Below, piece after piece: positions 46,886 through 56,548 of a DNA stretch of 64,000 bases. This DNA is from Parcubacteria group bacterium (GTDB lineage: Bacteria > Patescibacteriota > Minisyncoccia > SW-4-49-11), in assembly GCA_943354045.1 (NCBI GenBank), contig CALRBF010000001.1, forward strand, positions 68,046 to 132,045, written 5' to 3'. The position numbers were made by a program, and so were the translations under genes. The notes under the pieces are model-generated. The model had not been told where the DNA came from. It did no database searches and saw only the letters and a program-made list of their open reading frames with translations. Every line of letters begins with the position of its first letter. Position 1 is the first letter of the stretch.

Positions 46886-47416
46886 TTATTTATAATATGT
46901 TATTGCATTAATAGTTCCCTCTATATTATCTAGGCCTTTATCAAAAGATAAGCTAACGGTATTCACCCCTATATATCGCTTTGATTGTGTTAATTTCTGT
47001 AAAAAAGTATATATTTCTCTTTTACCTCCAGTTATTTTTAATGAAATATTCACTGGTCTTAATGTATTAATAGAAGTATTATTGGTATCTAAGTTATTAG
47101 TATCTTTTATTAGTGAACCTTGCTCATCTACAGAGATGGAAGCTATTTCAATATTAGATTCTCTTTCAAATTGTGTAAATTCTGTTGTAATCGCGGTCTT
47201 ATCCAGTGAATCTGGTGTGAATTCATTCATTCTTTTTGCCAATTCTGAGGGCGATTTTTGATCAGCAAATGATTGGGTAATTTGTGTTTTTTTCTGTAAT
47301 TCTTTTACTCCAGAAAATTTACTTGTCAAAAAATCAGTATAAAAATTAGTTATTGTCCAAATCAAAGCAATAAATATAATACAGAATGAAATGGATAAAA
47401 GGGTTTTTTGATTCAT
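46886..47416 (-). CDS. PilO-like pilus assembly protein
   Basis: A bitopic architecture (N-terminal transmembrane helix, coiled coil, C-terminal domain) together with its position between pilN-like and pilB genes. Confidence 0.5.
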   Translation of the reverse strand: MNQKTLLSISFCIIFIALIWTITNFYTDFLTSKFSGVKELQKKTQITQSFADQKSPSELAKRMNEFTPDSLDKTAITTEFTQFERESNIEIASISVDEQGSLIKDTNNLDTNNTSINTLRPVNISLKITGGKREIYTFLQKLTQSKRYIGVNTVSLSFDKGLDNIEGTINAITYYK

Positions 47417-47421
47417 ATCAT

Positions 47422-48003
47422 CTACTTTAACTTAATCAATATATCAAGATTAACTCCACTACCCTCAGAATTCTTCCTAATATCTGAGTAAGAAGCATCT
47501 ATAACACCTTTAACCTCCTTTATCTTAGATATTTGAGAATTAGCATCATCAAAAGAAAGCGCTTGTGCTGAAAGAATAATAGTCTTTTTTTGTCTATTAT
47601 ATACCCAAGAACTTGTTTTAAACCCAGTAGTATATGTTGCTTCAATTTCTTTCATAATTTCAACTGGATTATATGTTTGAGAAATCAATGTATTCACATT
47701 ATACACTGTTTTTTCTAAATCATCTTTTGGATAATATACACTATTTCTTACATTTAAATCTGATAAAATTTGATTATATTCATTCGTAGGCTTTATAATA
47801 TAAACCCAATAAACAGCACCTAATACTCCTATATATGTAATTAATGTCAATATAAATCCAATAATATACCCCCGATACGGATGTTCTTTTTGCGTCATTA
47901 CATATCCCTCTAAACCCTTTTGTCTATTAGGAATAAAGCTAATATTTTCCATATTATTCGACATAATCTTTAAGTGAAATACCAATTGACAATACCAAAT
48001 CAT
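47422..48003 (-). CDS. PilN-like pilus assembly protein
   Basis: A short cytoplasmic N-terminus, a transmembrane helix (YIIGFILTLITYIGVLGAVYWVYII) and a periplasmic domain. The true start is probably an internal ATG at 47952 or 47964, since the longest ORF overlaps pilM. Confidence 0.5.
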   Translation of the reverse strand: MIWYCQLVFHLKIMSNNMENISFIPNRQKGLEGYVMTQKEHPYRGYIIGFILTLITYIGVLGAVYWVYIIKPTNEYNQILSDLNVRNSVYYPKDDLEKTVYNVNTLISQTYNPVEIMKEIEATYTTGFKTSSWVYNRQKKTIILSAQALSFDDANSQISKIKEVKGVIDASYSDIRKNSEGSGVNLDILIKLK

Positions 48004-49024
48004 GCCAAATTGTATGCAGAACTTCCTTATCCTTCACCCCTTTAATAGTCAAATTAGAATAGGGTTCTGCAACAGTAATGGTAATTTTTTGACTTACTCC
48101 TAATTGATTATTAATAACTAAATCAACAAATTCGCGAATACCCTCCATTTTAGCAAATCCACCAAGTAATACAATATCTTGTATTTTTTCTTCATTATTA
48201 TCCTGAAACTGTCTTATAATAGGCAATACTTCATTCTCAAAAAAGCTTTTGATGCCCGATTGTATTAGGGCTGATATATCTGAGTTAGAGCCAGACATCC
48301 CATTATCTTTCTTTATTTTTTCTGCTTCTATACTGGATATATTATGAGAAGATGCAATTTTATCAGTAATATGATTCCCCCCAAAATCAAATGATTGTAT
48401 TAATTGTAATTGTTTGTCAGCACTTACAATACTTACTGTACTAGTTCTGGCACCAATATCTACAATACATACTTGAGTATTGGGTAAATCAATAGAACGA
48501 ATAATGGAGAAGGTATCTAATTCAAATCCTTTAATAGTAATACCCAGAGCTCTACTTACTTCAATATACGTATTTACCACACTATTAGGAATGGCAATAA
48601 GGAGTACATTTAATTTATCTTTTTCCTTATTGGGTCCCAAATTCATCCAATCTAATTGCACACTGCTTAAAGAAATAGGAATATGTTGTTTTGCCTCAAA
48701 CGGTACAGCTGTTGCTAATTCCTCATAGGAAAGAATTGGGAAAGGGACAACTGCTGAAAAAGCTAAATAGGATGGAATAGCAATATATGCCTCCTTTATT
48801 TCCATTTTAGCAGCATTAAGCATAGCTTGTATAATGGTAGTAATCTGAGATACAGAAATAGTATGCTCCCCGTTTTTCTCTTGAATAATATTATCTAAGT
48901 CATCATCCCAAATACTATAATTAATCACGGATATTTTACTTCCTCGCTTTTGAACTTCAGAAATTTTAATAGTTTGAGTACCAATATCAATACCAAACGA
49001 ATTTTTTGCTCCTAATCCTAACAT
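47954..49024 (-). CDS. pilM: Type IV pilus assembly ATPase-like protein PilM (actin/HSP70 fold)
   Basis: The N-terminus SFGIDIGTQTIKISEV is typical of PilM. The size and its pairing with pilN are also typical. Confidence 0.8.
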   Translation of the reverse strand: MLGLGAKNSFGIDIGTQTIKISEVQKRGSKISVINYSIWDDDLDNIIQEKNGEHTISVSQITTIIQAMLNAAKMEIKEAYIAIPSYLAFSAVVPFPILSYEELATAVPFEAKQHIPISLSSVQLDWMNLGPNKEKDKLNVLLIAIPNSVVNTYIEVSRALGITIKGFELDTFSIIRSIDLPNTQVCIVDIGARTSTVSIVSADKQLQLIQSFDFGGNHITDKIASSHNISSIEAEKIKKDNGMSGSNSDISALIQSGIKSFFENEVLPIIRQFQDNNEEKIQDIVLLGGFAKMEGIREFVDLVINNQLGVSQKITITVAEPYSNLTIKGVKDKEVLHTIWHDLVLSIGISLKDYVE

Positions 49025-49080
49025 TGTTTTTATTTATTGATATTATTCTATAGTATAATATTATCATATGGTATATAAAT

Positions 49081-49788
49081 ATGCAAGATTCACTATTCAC
49101 ATTATTACAAAATAGCATAATACCAAATCAATGCATTATTTGCCATAAACTTCATGCTTCAAATTTATGCTCTGATTGCCTATCCAAAATTCCTCATAAG
49201 CCTAATATCTGGATACACAAATATACACAACAAAAATCATTATTTGCCCCCAAAATACATACAAATATTCAACCTAATCTTGTAGAGGGTAAACTTATGA
49301 GTATACTTACCTGTACCCCATTTAATGACCCTATTATACGTAAAAGTATTCATTATCTCAAGTATAAAAATATTCCCCAAATCGCCGAGCCTTTGGGAGC
49401 CATAATGCTTCGTACTCTTACCCAACATATACGACTAAAATCAAATATTATTTTATGCCCCATTCCCCTACACCCTAAACGATTACAATTTCGAAAATAT
49501 AATCAATCTTTATTATTAGCTCAATATTTATCTGATAAGCTCAAATTACCTCTTTATCTTGATTTACAGCGTATACGTAATACCCCACAACAAATGCGTA
49601 TTAAAGACAGGCGAGACAGAATAGAGAATGTAATTGCTTCTTTTGAGGCCTATTCTCGAGCTCCAAAAAACTCTACCATAATTATTATTGATGATGTTAC
49701 TACGACTTTATCCACAATTCAGGAAGCTGCAAAAGCCTTATCAAAACAGGGTTTTAATGATATACATGCTCTTATTTTGGCGCATTAG
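49081..49788 (+). CDS. comFC: ComF family protein (competence; double zinc ribbon plus a phosphoribosyltransferase domain)
   Basis: The N-terminus has the Cys pattern CIICHKL...CSDC. The C-terminal PRTase motif is IIIIDDVTTTLSTIQEAAKAL. Confidence 0.7.
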   Translation: MQDSLFTLLQNSIIPNQCIICHKLHASNLCSDCLSKIPHKPNIWIHKYTQQKSLFAPKIHTNIQPNLVEGKLMSILTCTPFNDPIIRKSIHYLKYKNIPQIAEPLGAIMLRTLTQHIRLKSNIILCPIPLHPKRLQFRKYNQSLLLAQYLSDKLKLPLYLDLQRIRNTPQQMRIKDRRDRIENVIASFEAYSRAPKNSTIIIIDDVTTTLSTIQEAAKALSKQGFNDIHALILAH

Positions 49789-49875
49789 CTCAGTATCTAT
49801 TATCAGGAGTACAAAAGATATGATATAATGACATCAAAGTTTATATAACTTTGATTAATAGATAAAAACACAGAA

Positions 49876-50172
49876 ATGGAAAGTACAGTAGATAAAGAAT
49901 TTGTTTCATATATTGTTAAGTCAATTGTAGACAATCCTAATGATGTTCTGATTGAAAGAACCGTAGATGAAATGGGAGTATTAATAACCTTACAAGTGAA
50001 TCCCCGTGATATGGGTTATGTAATTGGAAAATCAGGGTCCACTGCTAAAGCTATTCGTTCCCTCCTTCGCATTGTGGGAGCTCGCAATAATGCTCGAGTA
50101 AATCTCAAAATCCTTGAGCCAGAGCAAGGTGTGAGAGATATTAATAAAGCCGTAGATGATTTGGATCTCTAA
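49876..50172 (+). CDS. KH-domain RNA-binding protein (UPF0109/YlqC-like)
   Basis: The KH GxxG loop is VIGKSGSTAKAIRSLL. It has the conserved position upstream of trmD. Confidence 0.7.
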   Translation: MESTVDKEFVSYIVKSIVDNPNDVLIERTVDEMGVLITLQVNPRDMGYVIGKSGSTAKAIRSLLRIVGARNNARVNLKILEPEQGVRDINKAVDDLDL

Positions 50173-50175
50173 AAT

Positions 50176-50868
50176 ATGCGTTTCGATATATTAACTCTTT
50201 TTCCAGAAATTGTAACTCCTTATGTCAATAATGGAGTAATTGGAAGAGCCCAAAACCTCAAACAAAGTATTGAGATTGGTATTCATAATATACGAGATTA
50301 CACAAATAACCCCCATAACAAAGTTGATGATACTCCCTTTGGAGGTGGAGCTGGTATGATATTACAAATAGAGCCTATTTATCAAACTCTTACATTTATT
50401 ATCAACAAATATCCAACCACAAAAAAACATATTATTTTAACTAAAGCAGGAGCTCCCATATTTAATCAACAAAAAGCTATCTTGCTCAGTGATACCTATA
50501 ATCATATTATTTTTATCTGTGGTAGATATGAGGGAGTTGATTCAAGAGTAGAACAATATTTGACGAATGAATCTCTCTCTATTGGTCAATTTGTATTAAC
50601 AGGAGGAGAATTACCTGCCCTTGTTATGCTTGATGCTATTTCTCGACATATTCCTGATGTACTGGGAAATAAAGAATCTTTAGCTGAAGAATCCTGGACA
50701 AATACTGACACAAAAGAGTATCCTCATTATTCCCGTCCAGCTGTATTTACCCCCCCTAATCCCCAATTAGTTAATCCCGACGCTCCAGATAATTGGGAAG
50801 TTCCTGAAATATTATTGTCAGGCAATCATCAAGCCATAGAATCGTGGAGAAAGGAACAAAGAGTATAA
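50176..50868 (+). CDS. trmD: tRNA (guanine37-N1)-methyltransferase
   Basis: Motifs MRFDILTLFPE and DDTPFGGGAGMIL, plus a SPOUT-fold C-terminal region, are present. Confidence 0.9.
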   Translation: MRFDILTLFPEIVTPYVNNGVIGRAQNLKQSIEIGIHNIRDYTNNPHNKVDDTPFGGGAGMILQIEPIYQTLTFIINKYPTTKKHIILTKAGAPIFNQQKAILLSDTYNHIIFICGRYEGVDSRVEQYLTNESLSIGQFVLTGGELPALVMLDAISRHIPDVLGNKESLAEESWTNTDTKEYPHYSRPAVFTPPNPQLVNPDAPDNWEVPEILLSGNHQAIESWRKEQRV

Positions 50869-50924
50869 TATCTTTTCTAATCAAAAGATTTATGCTACAA
50901 TTAATTTGAAATACCAATATATTT

Positions 50925-51401
50925 ATGGCTAAACAAAAAAAATCATCTCTTTACAACTATCAAGCTTTAGAGTTTGATAAGTATCAAAAAACTCCTACTT
51001 GGTATGTCCTTTTTGGTATTATAGGTATTCTTCTTTTAGTATATGCAATATTCACGCGATCCCCAATGATGTTTGTGGTATTTGTTTTAACCTTTATTGT
51101 CACTCTATTAATATCCAGTAAAGATCCTAAATATATTACTGTTGAAATCACAGAAACTGGTATTAATTTAGACTCTAAAAGAACATTTCAATATCAAGAC
51201 ATTGAATCATTTGGGATTTTTATAAGACAAGATGTCAGATTTATATCTTTGCATATGGCAACAGGAGTAATAACCAATGCTCGTATTCCTCTTGGAAAAG
51301 AAAATCCTGATGATATTGCTGATATACTGGAGCAATTCATCCCCAGAGAAGATGGGAAAGAATCATTTTTTGATACTATAGATCACTTCCTTAAAATTTA
51401 A
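50925..51401 (+). CDS. Hypothetical membrane protein
   Basis: 158-aa ORF with two transmembrane helices near the N-terminus. Confidence 0.35.
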   Translation: MAKQKKSSLYNYQALEFDKYQKTPTWYVLFGIIGILLLVYAIFTRSPMMFVVFVLTFIVTLLISSKDPKYITVEITETGINLDSKRTFQYQDIESFGIFIRQDVRFISLHMATGVITNARIPLGKENPDDIADILEQFIPREDGKESFFDTIDHFLKI

Positions 51402-51402
51402 T

Positions 51403-51479
51403 GTACCTATAGCTCAGTTGGATAGAGCGCAGGTTTGCGGAACCTGAGGTCAGAGGTTCGAACCCTCTTAGGTACACCA
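51403..51479 (+). tRNA. tRNA-Arg with anticodon GCG by my reading of the anticodon loop
   Basis: The sequence is GTACCTATAGCTCAGTTGGATAGAGCGCAGGTTTGCGGAACCTGAGGTCAGAGGTTCGAACCCTCTTAGGTACACCA. The acceptor stem is 7 bp. The anticodon stem is CAGGT/ACCTG with loop TTGCGGA. The T-arm is AGAGG-TTCGAAC-CCTCT and CCA is encoded. Confidence 0.75.
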
Positions 51480-51490
51480 ATATTATATAT

Positions 51491-53617
51491 ATGAATGTTC
51501 TCTATACCCCCATTGAAAACCTAAAACCAAAACCAACTCCAAGACTTATTAGTAGTTTTCATAAATTAGGAATTTTTACTCTTTCTCAGCTTCTCCTTTA
51601 CCCACCTAAAAAATTTATTAATTATACACATTTTCAAACATTAGACAATATTAATAATATTCCTCCAGGAACTCCTGCTGTATTTGAAGTAACTATTATT
51701 CATAAAAAATCAACTCGCCTAAGAGGGCGCAATCTTATTTTAGGAGAAATCATTATACAAGATAAAACTGATCAATATACTATTACTCTCTTTAATCAAA
51801 AATTACTACTTGAGTCTTTGCAAATAGGTTCGCAATATGCCCTATCAGCCATTATAAAGCCTGGGACTAAATCCCCTCTTAGTAATATTAGTTTTGAGCG
51901 AATATTACCTCAAAAAATCCTATTACATTCTCATCGCCTAGTACCTATTTATCCGGAAACCTTTGGCATCACGTCAAAAATGCTCAGATATCGTATTGAT
52001 CTTGCCATTAAACAATTTGGACAATTACCTGAAACCTTACCCAAATGGGTTTTACAAAAAGCTCATATTCCTGATATTAATACAACTATTCAGTATTTAC
52101 ATTATCCAAAGAATACTGATAATATTCATCAAGCAAAACAAAGACTAATATTTGAAGAAGCTTTGATTATGCAATTATATATTGCTAAACAAAAACTTAT
52201 TTTTCAATCTAAATACGCTCCTATATTGACATCTCAAATGGATAAAATTCAAGAATTTATTCATAAACTCCCTTTTGATTTAACCAAGGCTCAACAAAAA
52301 TCTGTACAAGAAATTCTTGATGATATCGCTAAACCATCACCTATGAATAGATTATTGGAAGGAGATGTGGGTACAGGAAAAACTATTGTTGCCACAATAT
52401 CCATGCTTAATTCTTATTATAATAAAGCGCAATCGGTATTAATGGCACCAACCGAAATACTAGCAACTCAACATTTTGAAGGAATTACCAAATTAACACA
52501 AAATATAAGTACTCCTCCCATTATGGCATTAATTACCTCAAAAGAATCTCGTATATCTACTGATATCGAGCTTGGTTCCTGGATTACTATTCCCAAAAAA
52601 GAATTATTACGTAAAATTGCACGAGGAAATATTGATATTATTATTGGGACTCATAGTGTTATTACTGAGCAATTACACTATCACAATTTAGCTCTGGTTA
52701 TAGTAGATGAGCAACATAGATTTGGCGTCAAGCAAAGAGCAGAATTACAGACAATGATTAGTAAAACCAAAGATAAAAGCCCAGAGACAATTTCTCATCT
52801 CTTGAGTATGACAGCAACTCCAATTCCTCGAACTTTAGCCCTCAGTATATATGGTGACTTAGATATATCCCTATTAGATGAATATCCAGCCGGTAGAAAA
52901 CTTATCAAAACTAAATTAGTACCTCCATCCAAAAGATCAGAGGCCTATACCTTTATACGCAAACATATACAATCAGGTAGACAAGCTTTTGTTGTGTGCC
53001 CTAAAATTGAAGCTGATGAAGAATCTGATATCAAATCAGTAGAAGAGACTTTTATTGATTTATCTCAGAATATATTTCCTGATCTTAAAATCAATATGAT
53101 GCATGGAAAGATGAAAACCGCTGAAAAAGATAGTATTATTCAAGATTTTAAAAATAAAAAGTTTGATATACTAGTTGCCACCTCAGTCATAGAAGTTGGT
53201 ATTGATATACCCAATGCGAGTATTATGGTAATAGAAGGAGCAGAACGCTTTGGACTAGCTCAATTACATCAATTCCGAGGAAGAGTTGGTCGTGGAGAAT
53301 ATCAATCATTTTGCTTTTTGTTTGAAACAGGTGAACAAGAAGTCTCTATGAATCAAAGATTAAAGGCAATTGAAAAAGCTAATAATGGATTCGAGCTGGC
53401 AGAAAAGGATTTAGCGATTAGAGGCCCAGGTCAATTCATTGGATCCAATCAAAGTGGAATATCAGATATTAGTATGGAGGCACTCCTTAATAAAGATATT
53501 ATTGTACAAACTCGTAATATCTCACAAGAAATCCTAAGACAAGATACTACACTTAATACCTATCCTGAATTAAAATCTCGCCTATCCCATTTTGAAGATA
53601 CCGTACATTTTGAATAA
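51491..53617 (+). CDS. recG: ATP-dependent DNA helicase RecG
   Basis: A wedge/OB N-terminus is present. Helicase motifs are LEGDVGTGKTIVA (motif I), VIVDEQHRFGV (motif II), MTATPIPRTLA and QFRGRVGRG. Confidence 0.9.
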   Translation: MNVLYTPIENLKPKPTPRLISSFHKLGIFTLSQLLLYPPKKFINYTHFQTLDNINNIPPGTPAVFEVTIIHKKSTRLRGRNLILGEIIIQDKTDQYTITLFNQKLLLESLQIGSQYALSAIIKPGTKSPLSNISFERILPQKILLHSHRLVPIYPETFGITSKMLRYRIDLAIKQFGQLPETLPKWVLQKAHIPDINTTIQYLHYPKNTDNIHQAKQRLIFEEALIMQLYIAKQKLIFQSKYAPILTSQMDKIQEFIHKLPFDLTKAQQKSVQEILDDIAKPSPMNRLLEGDVGTGKTIVATISMLNSYYNKAQSVLMAPTEILATQHFEGITKLTQNISTPPIMALITSKESRISTDIELGSWITIPKKELLRKIARGNIDIIIGTHSVITEQLHYHNLALVIVDEQHRFGVKQRAELQTMISKTKDKSPETISHLLSMTATPIPRTLALSIYGDLDISLLDEYPAGRKLIKTKLVPPSKRSEAYTFIRKHIQSGRQAFVVCPKIEADEESDIKSVEETFIDLSQNIFPDLKINMMHGKMKTAEKDSIIQDFKNKKFDILVATSVIEVGIDIPNASIMVIEGAERFGLAQLHQFRGRVGRGEYQSFCFLFETGEQEVSMNQRLKAIEKANNGFELAEKDLAIRGPGQFIGSNQSGISDISMEALLNKDIIVQTRNISQEILRQDTTLNTYPELKSRLSHFEDTVHFE

Positions 53618-54904
53618 TTATTCTTTCCAATTCCAATCAGTATGAATATACTCGGATACTTGTTTTGATTTTGGTTTATAATCTAAATTAAATTCAAATC
53701 CTGCAATACCCGGCTGTTTTTGAATTTGTAAACTATATTGTTGAGGCTTGGGAATACTATAATCAATCACAATATTCTTAGTACTATTAAAGGGAATATA
53801 TATTTGAAATCCTCCAATCTTTTTATCATATTCACTACTATAATCAATTTTATCTTTGTCTATACCGGTAATATTTGTAATAAAGGCATTTTTTGGTAAA
53901 ATTACTCTTGTATACGACTTATAGTCATTATTGAGAGGAGAAGCAGTTTTTGCGGTATTATTATACTGTATAGTAATTTTAGAACATAATTTATCCCCAC
54001 AGCTATCAACTATTTTATTAATATTTCTCTTCATATAATAATCTGTCTTGAGAGCTCCTAAATTAGCGTCAACCAACATAAAATAATCACTATCTCCATT
54101 ATTCTCAATCATCCCATCCCAATTCAAAGACTCTACCCTATCTTGTACTTTTTGATCTGAACTCCATAGCAATAATTGTTTTTGATTAGCCTGTTCTATC
54201 AGTATATTTGCAAGGGTATATAATGTTTGAGGAGAAGATTTGCGAATTTTCTTTTCTACTTCAGCTGCTAAATTTTTAATAGGCTCTTTACGATCAGCAC
54301 GACTAATTCCCTTATCAATAAATCCAAAATTTAACTCATATTGTACTGCTAATAATACATTATCAGCATTTAATTCTCCATCTATGCCCTCAACATTAAC
54401 TGGGCCAATAATCTTTAATATCTCTGGTAAAATAGAAGCATTAAATCCAATAATTCCAGCTATATCTTGAGTCCCCCCCTCCAATTTGTATAAATCAATC
54501 ATTTGTTTTGCCGTAGTTGGAAAATCAGGTGACCAATTACCATCTCTCATTTGCAATGTATTTACCCCTAACATCGTTTTAATAGGCTGAGGCGCATTAA
54601 TACCAGGTTTTCCATAATCAAAAGCATTCGTATTATAAATAGTATACTTTTTCACTTTTCCTTTACTCAAAGTAACTTCTGCAAAATTACCTACAAATCC
54701 CCCCGTTGGTCTTAGCTCTAAAGTATTTTGGAATAATACTAAATAGGTGACATCTCCCTGCTTTTGTATAGCTTGAGCCAAACTAATCTCTTGTCTATAT
54801 TGAGCCCAAATAATGCCCCCAAGAATAAATCCTATACTGATTAGTATCAATACTATAATACCTAATATGGTAAAAATTCTCTTTTTGGGAGAAACTTTTT
54901 TCAT
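53618..54904 (-). CDS. Hypothetical N-terminally membrane-anchored extracytoplasmic protein
   Basis: 428-aa ORF with one N-terminal transmembrane helix. It lies next to polysaccharide genes. The domain is not confidently identifiable. Confidence 0.35.
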   Translation of the reverse strand: MKKVSPKKRIFTILGIIVLILISIGFILGGIIWAQYRQEISLAQAIQKQGDVTYLVLFQNTLELRPTGGFVGNFAEVTLSKGKVKKYTIYNTNAFDYGKPGINAPQPIKTMLGVNTLQMRDGNWSPDFPTTAKQMIDLYKLEGGTQDIAGIIGFNASILPEILKIIGPVNVEGIDGELNADNVLLAVQYELNFGFIDKGISRADRKEPIKNLAAEVEKKIRKSSPQTLYTLANILIEQANQKQLLLWSSDQKVQDRVESLNWDGMIENNGDSDYFMLVDANLGALKTDYYMKRNINKIVDSCGDKLCSKITIQYNNTAKTASPLNNDYKSYTRVILPKNAFITNITGIDKDKIDYSSEYDKKIGGFQIYIPFNSTKNIVIDYSIPKPQQYSLQIQKQPGIAGFEFNLDYKPKSKQVSEYIHTDWNWKE

Positions 54905-54907
54905 ATA

Positions 54908-56089
54908 TTAATATTTCAAAGCTTCCGTAACCTGAATACCCGCCCCACGATATATACGAGAATTTCTATGATATACATTCTCAAGTGCTTTTACAATATG
55001 ATTCCAAGAATAATAATAGCGTATTTCTTCTTGTAATATATCAGCCATTTCTAAAGCACCTCTATAATCTCCCAATACATTCTCTAATTGATGCTTGAGA
55101 GATGAGATACTATTAACTCGAGCAATATGCCCAAGATCCCCTACAATTTCAAGATTTTCTCGAATATCAGAGACAATTACAGGAACCCCATAACTACCCG
55201 CCTCCAAAAGAGAAATAGATAATCCTTCTGAAGATGATGGCAACACATAAACTGCCGCATTCGCAAATAATTGTTTTAATGTTCTCCCTAATTGATGTCC
55301 AGTAAATATAATATTCTTATCCCCTTTTGCTAATACATGAAGATACTTCTCATATTCTCTTGTATAAGAAGGTCCCCCTACAATAACTAATTTTTTCCCG
55401 TATTTGTGCGCCATTTGCTGATAAGCTTGTATCAAAATATGTGCATTTTTATGCTTTACTAATCTTGCAATAAATACAATATATTCTTGCTTCTTGAGAC
55501 CAAATTGAGCTATCTCTGAATCCGAACTGATATGATTAAATACCGTACCATTTGGTATATAAGTAGCCTTAATATCAAATTCCCGAGATATAAAATACCG
55601 TAAACTTTTAGAAACTGTCACTACTTCATCAGCAAAATGACATCCCATCCAAGCCCCTAATTTTAACATTGACTTAGCAAAAAGATTCCATTTTCCATGA
55701 TACCAATCAGCACTATGAAAAGTGAATACCACCTTGGTATATTTATATCCAAAAAGATATTTTATACCGAATCCAAGCCTTGCAAATGGAGTTAATAAAG
55801 CAGGTCCCACCGAATTAATATGAATTACATCCAAATTGGGAATAAAAAAGCTATTCCAGATAGAAGTAAATGTATGAGTAATAGCATCTAGACTTTTGGT
55901 TGCAATAGAGGGAGTTTCAATAACCTGAACTCCTTTATAAATACCCTCTGGAGCATAAGCTTTACGGGTATATACAATAATATGATGCCCCCGCCGAGCA
56001 AGTCTTACTGCAATATGGTCAACATAATTCTCTACCCCACCACCAGCTGAGGCAGGAATACCTTTTTGACCTATAAAAGCAATTTTCAT
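54908..56089 (-). CDS. Glycosyltransferase family 4
   Basis: The N-terminus is MKIAFIGQKGIPASAGGGVENYV. The C-terminal EX7E-type region is LPSSSEGLSISLLEAGSYGVPVIVSDIRENLEIVGD. Confidence 0.8.
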   Translation of the reverse strand: MKIAFIGQKGIPASAGGGVENYVDHIAVRLARRGHHIIVYTRKAYAPEGIYKGVQVIETPSIATKSLDAITHTFTSIWNSFFIPNLDVIHINSVGPALLTPFARLGFGIKYLFGYKYTKVVFTFHSADWYHGKWNLFAKSMLKLGAWMGCHFADEVVTVSKSLRYFISREFDIKATYIPNGTVFNHISSDSEIAQFGLKKQEYIVFIARLVKHKNAHILIQAYQQMAHKYGKKLVIVGGPSYTREYEKYLHVLAKGDKNIIFTGHQLGRTLKQLFANAAVYVLPSSSEGLSISLLEAGSYGVPVIVSDIRENLEIVGDLGHIARVNSISSLKHQLENVLGDYRGALEMADILQEEIRYYYSWNHIVKALENVYHRNSRIYRGAGIQVTEALKY

Positions 56090-56159
56090 AATAATATGAA
56101 TAGTAAGATAATCACTTTATATAATAGCATATTTCATCCTAAATGTCAAAAGTTTTCAA

Positions 56160-56201
56160 CAGGTGAAATAAAAGAAAAACTCACCCCAAGCTAGAGGTGA
56201 G
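56160..56201 (-). terminator. Intrinsic terminator at the left edge of the GC-rich island
   Basis: On the minus strand the sequence is CTCACC-tctagcttgg-GGTGAG followed by TTTTTCTTTTATTT. Confidence 0.5.
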
Positions 56202-56418
56202 TATATATGATTAAAGCAATATCTCCTACCAAAAATAGTCCTATCAATGCCCCCAAGAGTCTAACTAAGAAGCGGGCTTGTACTTCTTGATCAGCTCTAC
56301 TTAGTAGGATATTTTCATCAAGAGTATCATTCTTTATTTCCCGAGCTATTAACACAGCTACAAGGAAAAGAACGGGTTTGAGATTGCGTCGCATGAGTTC
56401 AAAGAGCGGGAATAACAT
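56191..56418 (-). CDS. Small membrane protein at the island edge
   Basis: 75-aa ORF with two hydrophobic segments. Its composition is intermediate between the island and the background. Confidence 0.3.
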   Translation of the reverse strand: MLFPLFELMRRNLKPVLFLVAVLIAREIKNDTLDENILLSRADQEVQARFLVRLLGALIGLFLVGDIALIIYTHL

Positions 56419-56548
56419 GTATTATACCCTATCTTCATGTAAAATGAAAATCCCCAGTTGCAAAGCAACCGGGGACATAGAGTAAAACCAGAAATGGTCA
56501 AGGCGACTGCTCCCCGTGAGGGGTTAGTTGCTATCATTTTAGGTTTTC

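Noticed and set aside
56185-56418. Treating the 75-aa ORF as the island's integrase or excisionase remnant
   Set aside because: Its translation is a two-helix hydrophobic peptide with no recombinase motifs. It is kept only as a low-confidence small membrane protein.
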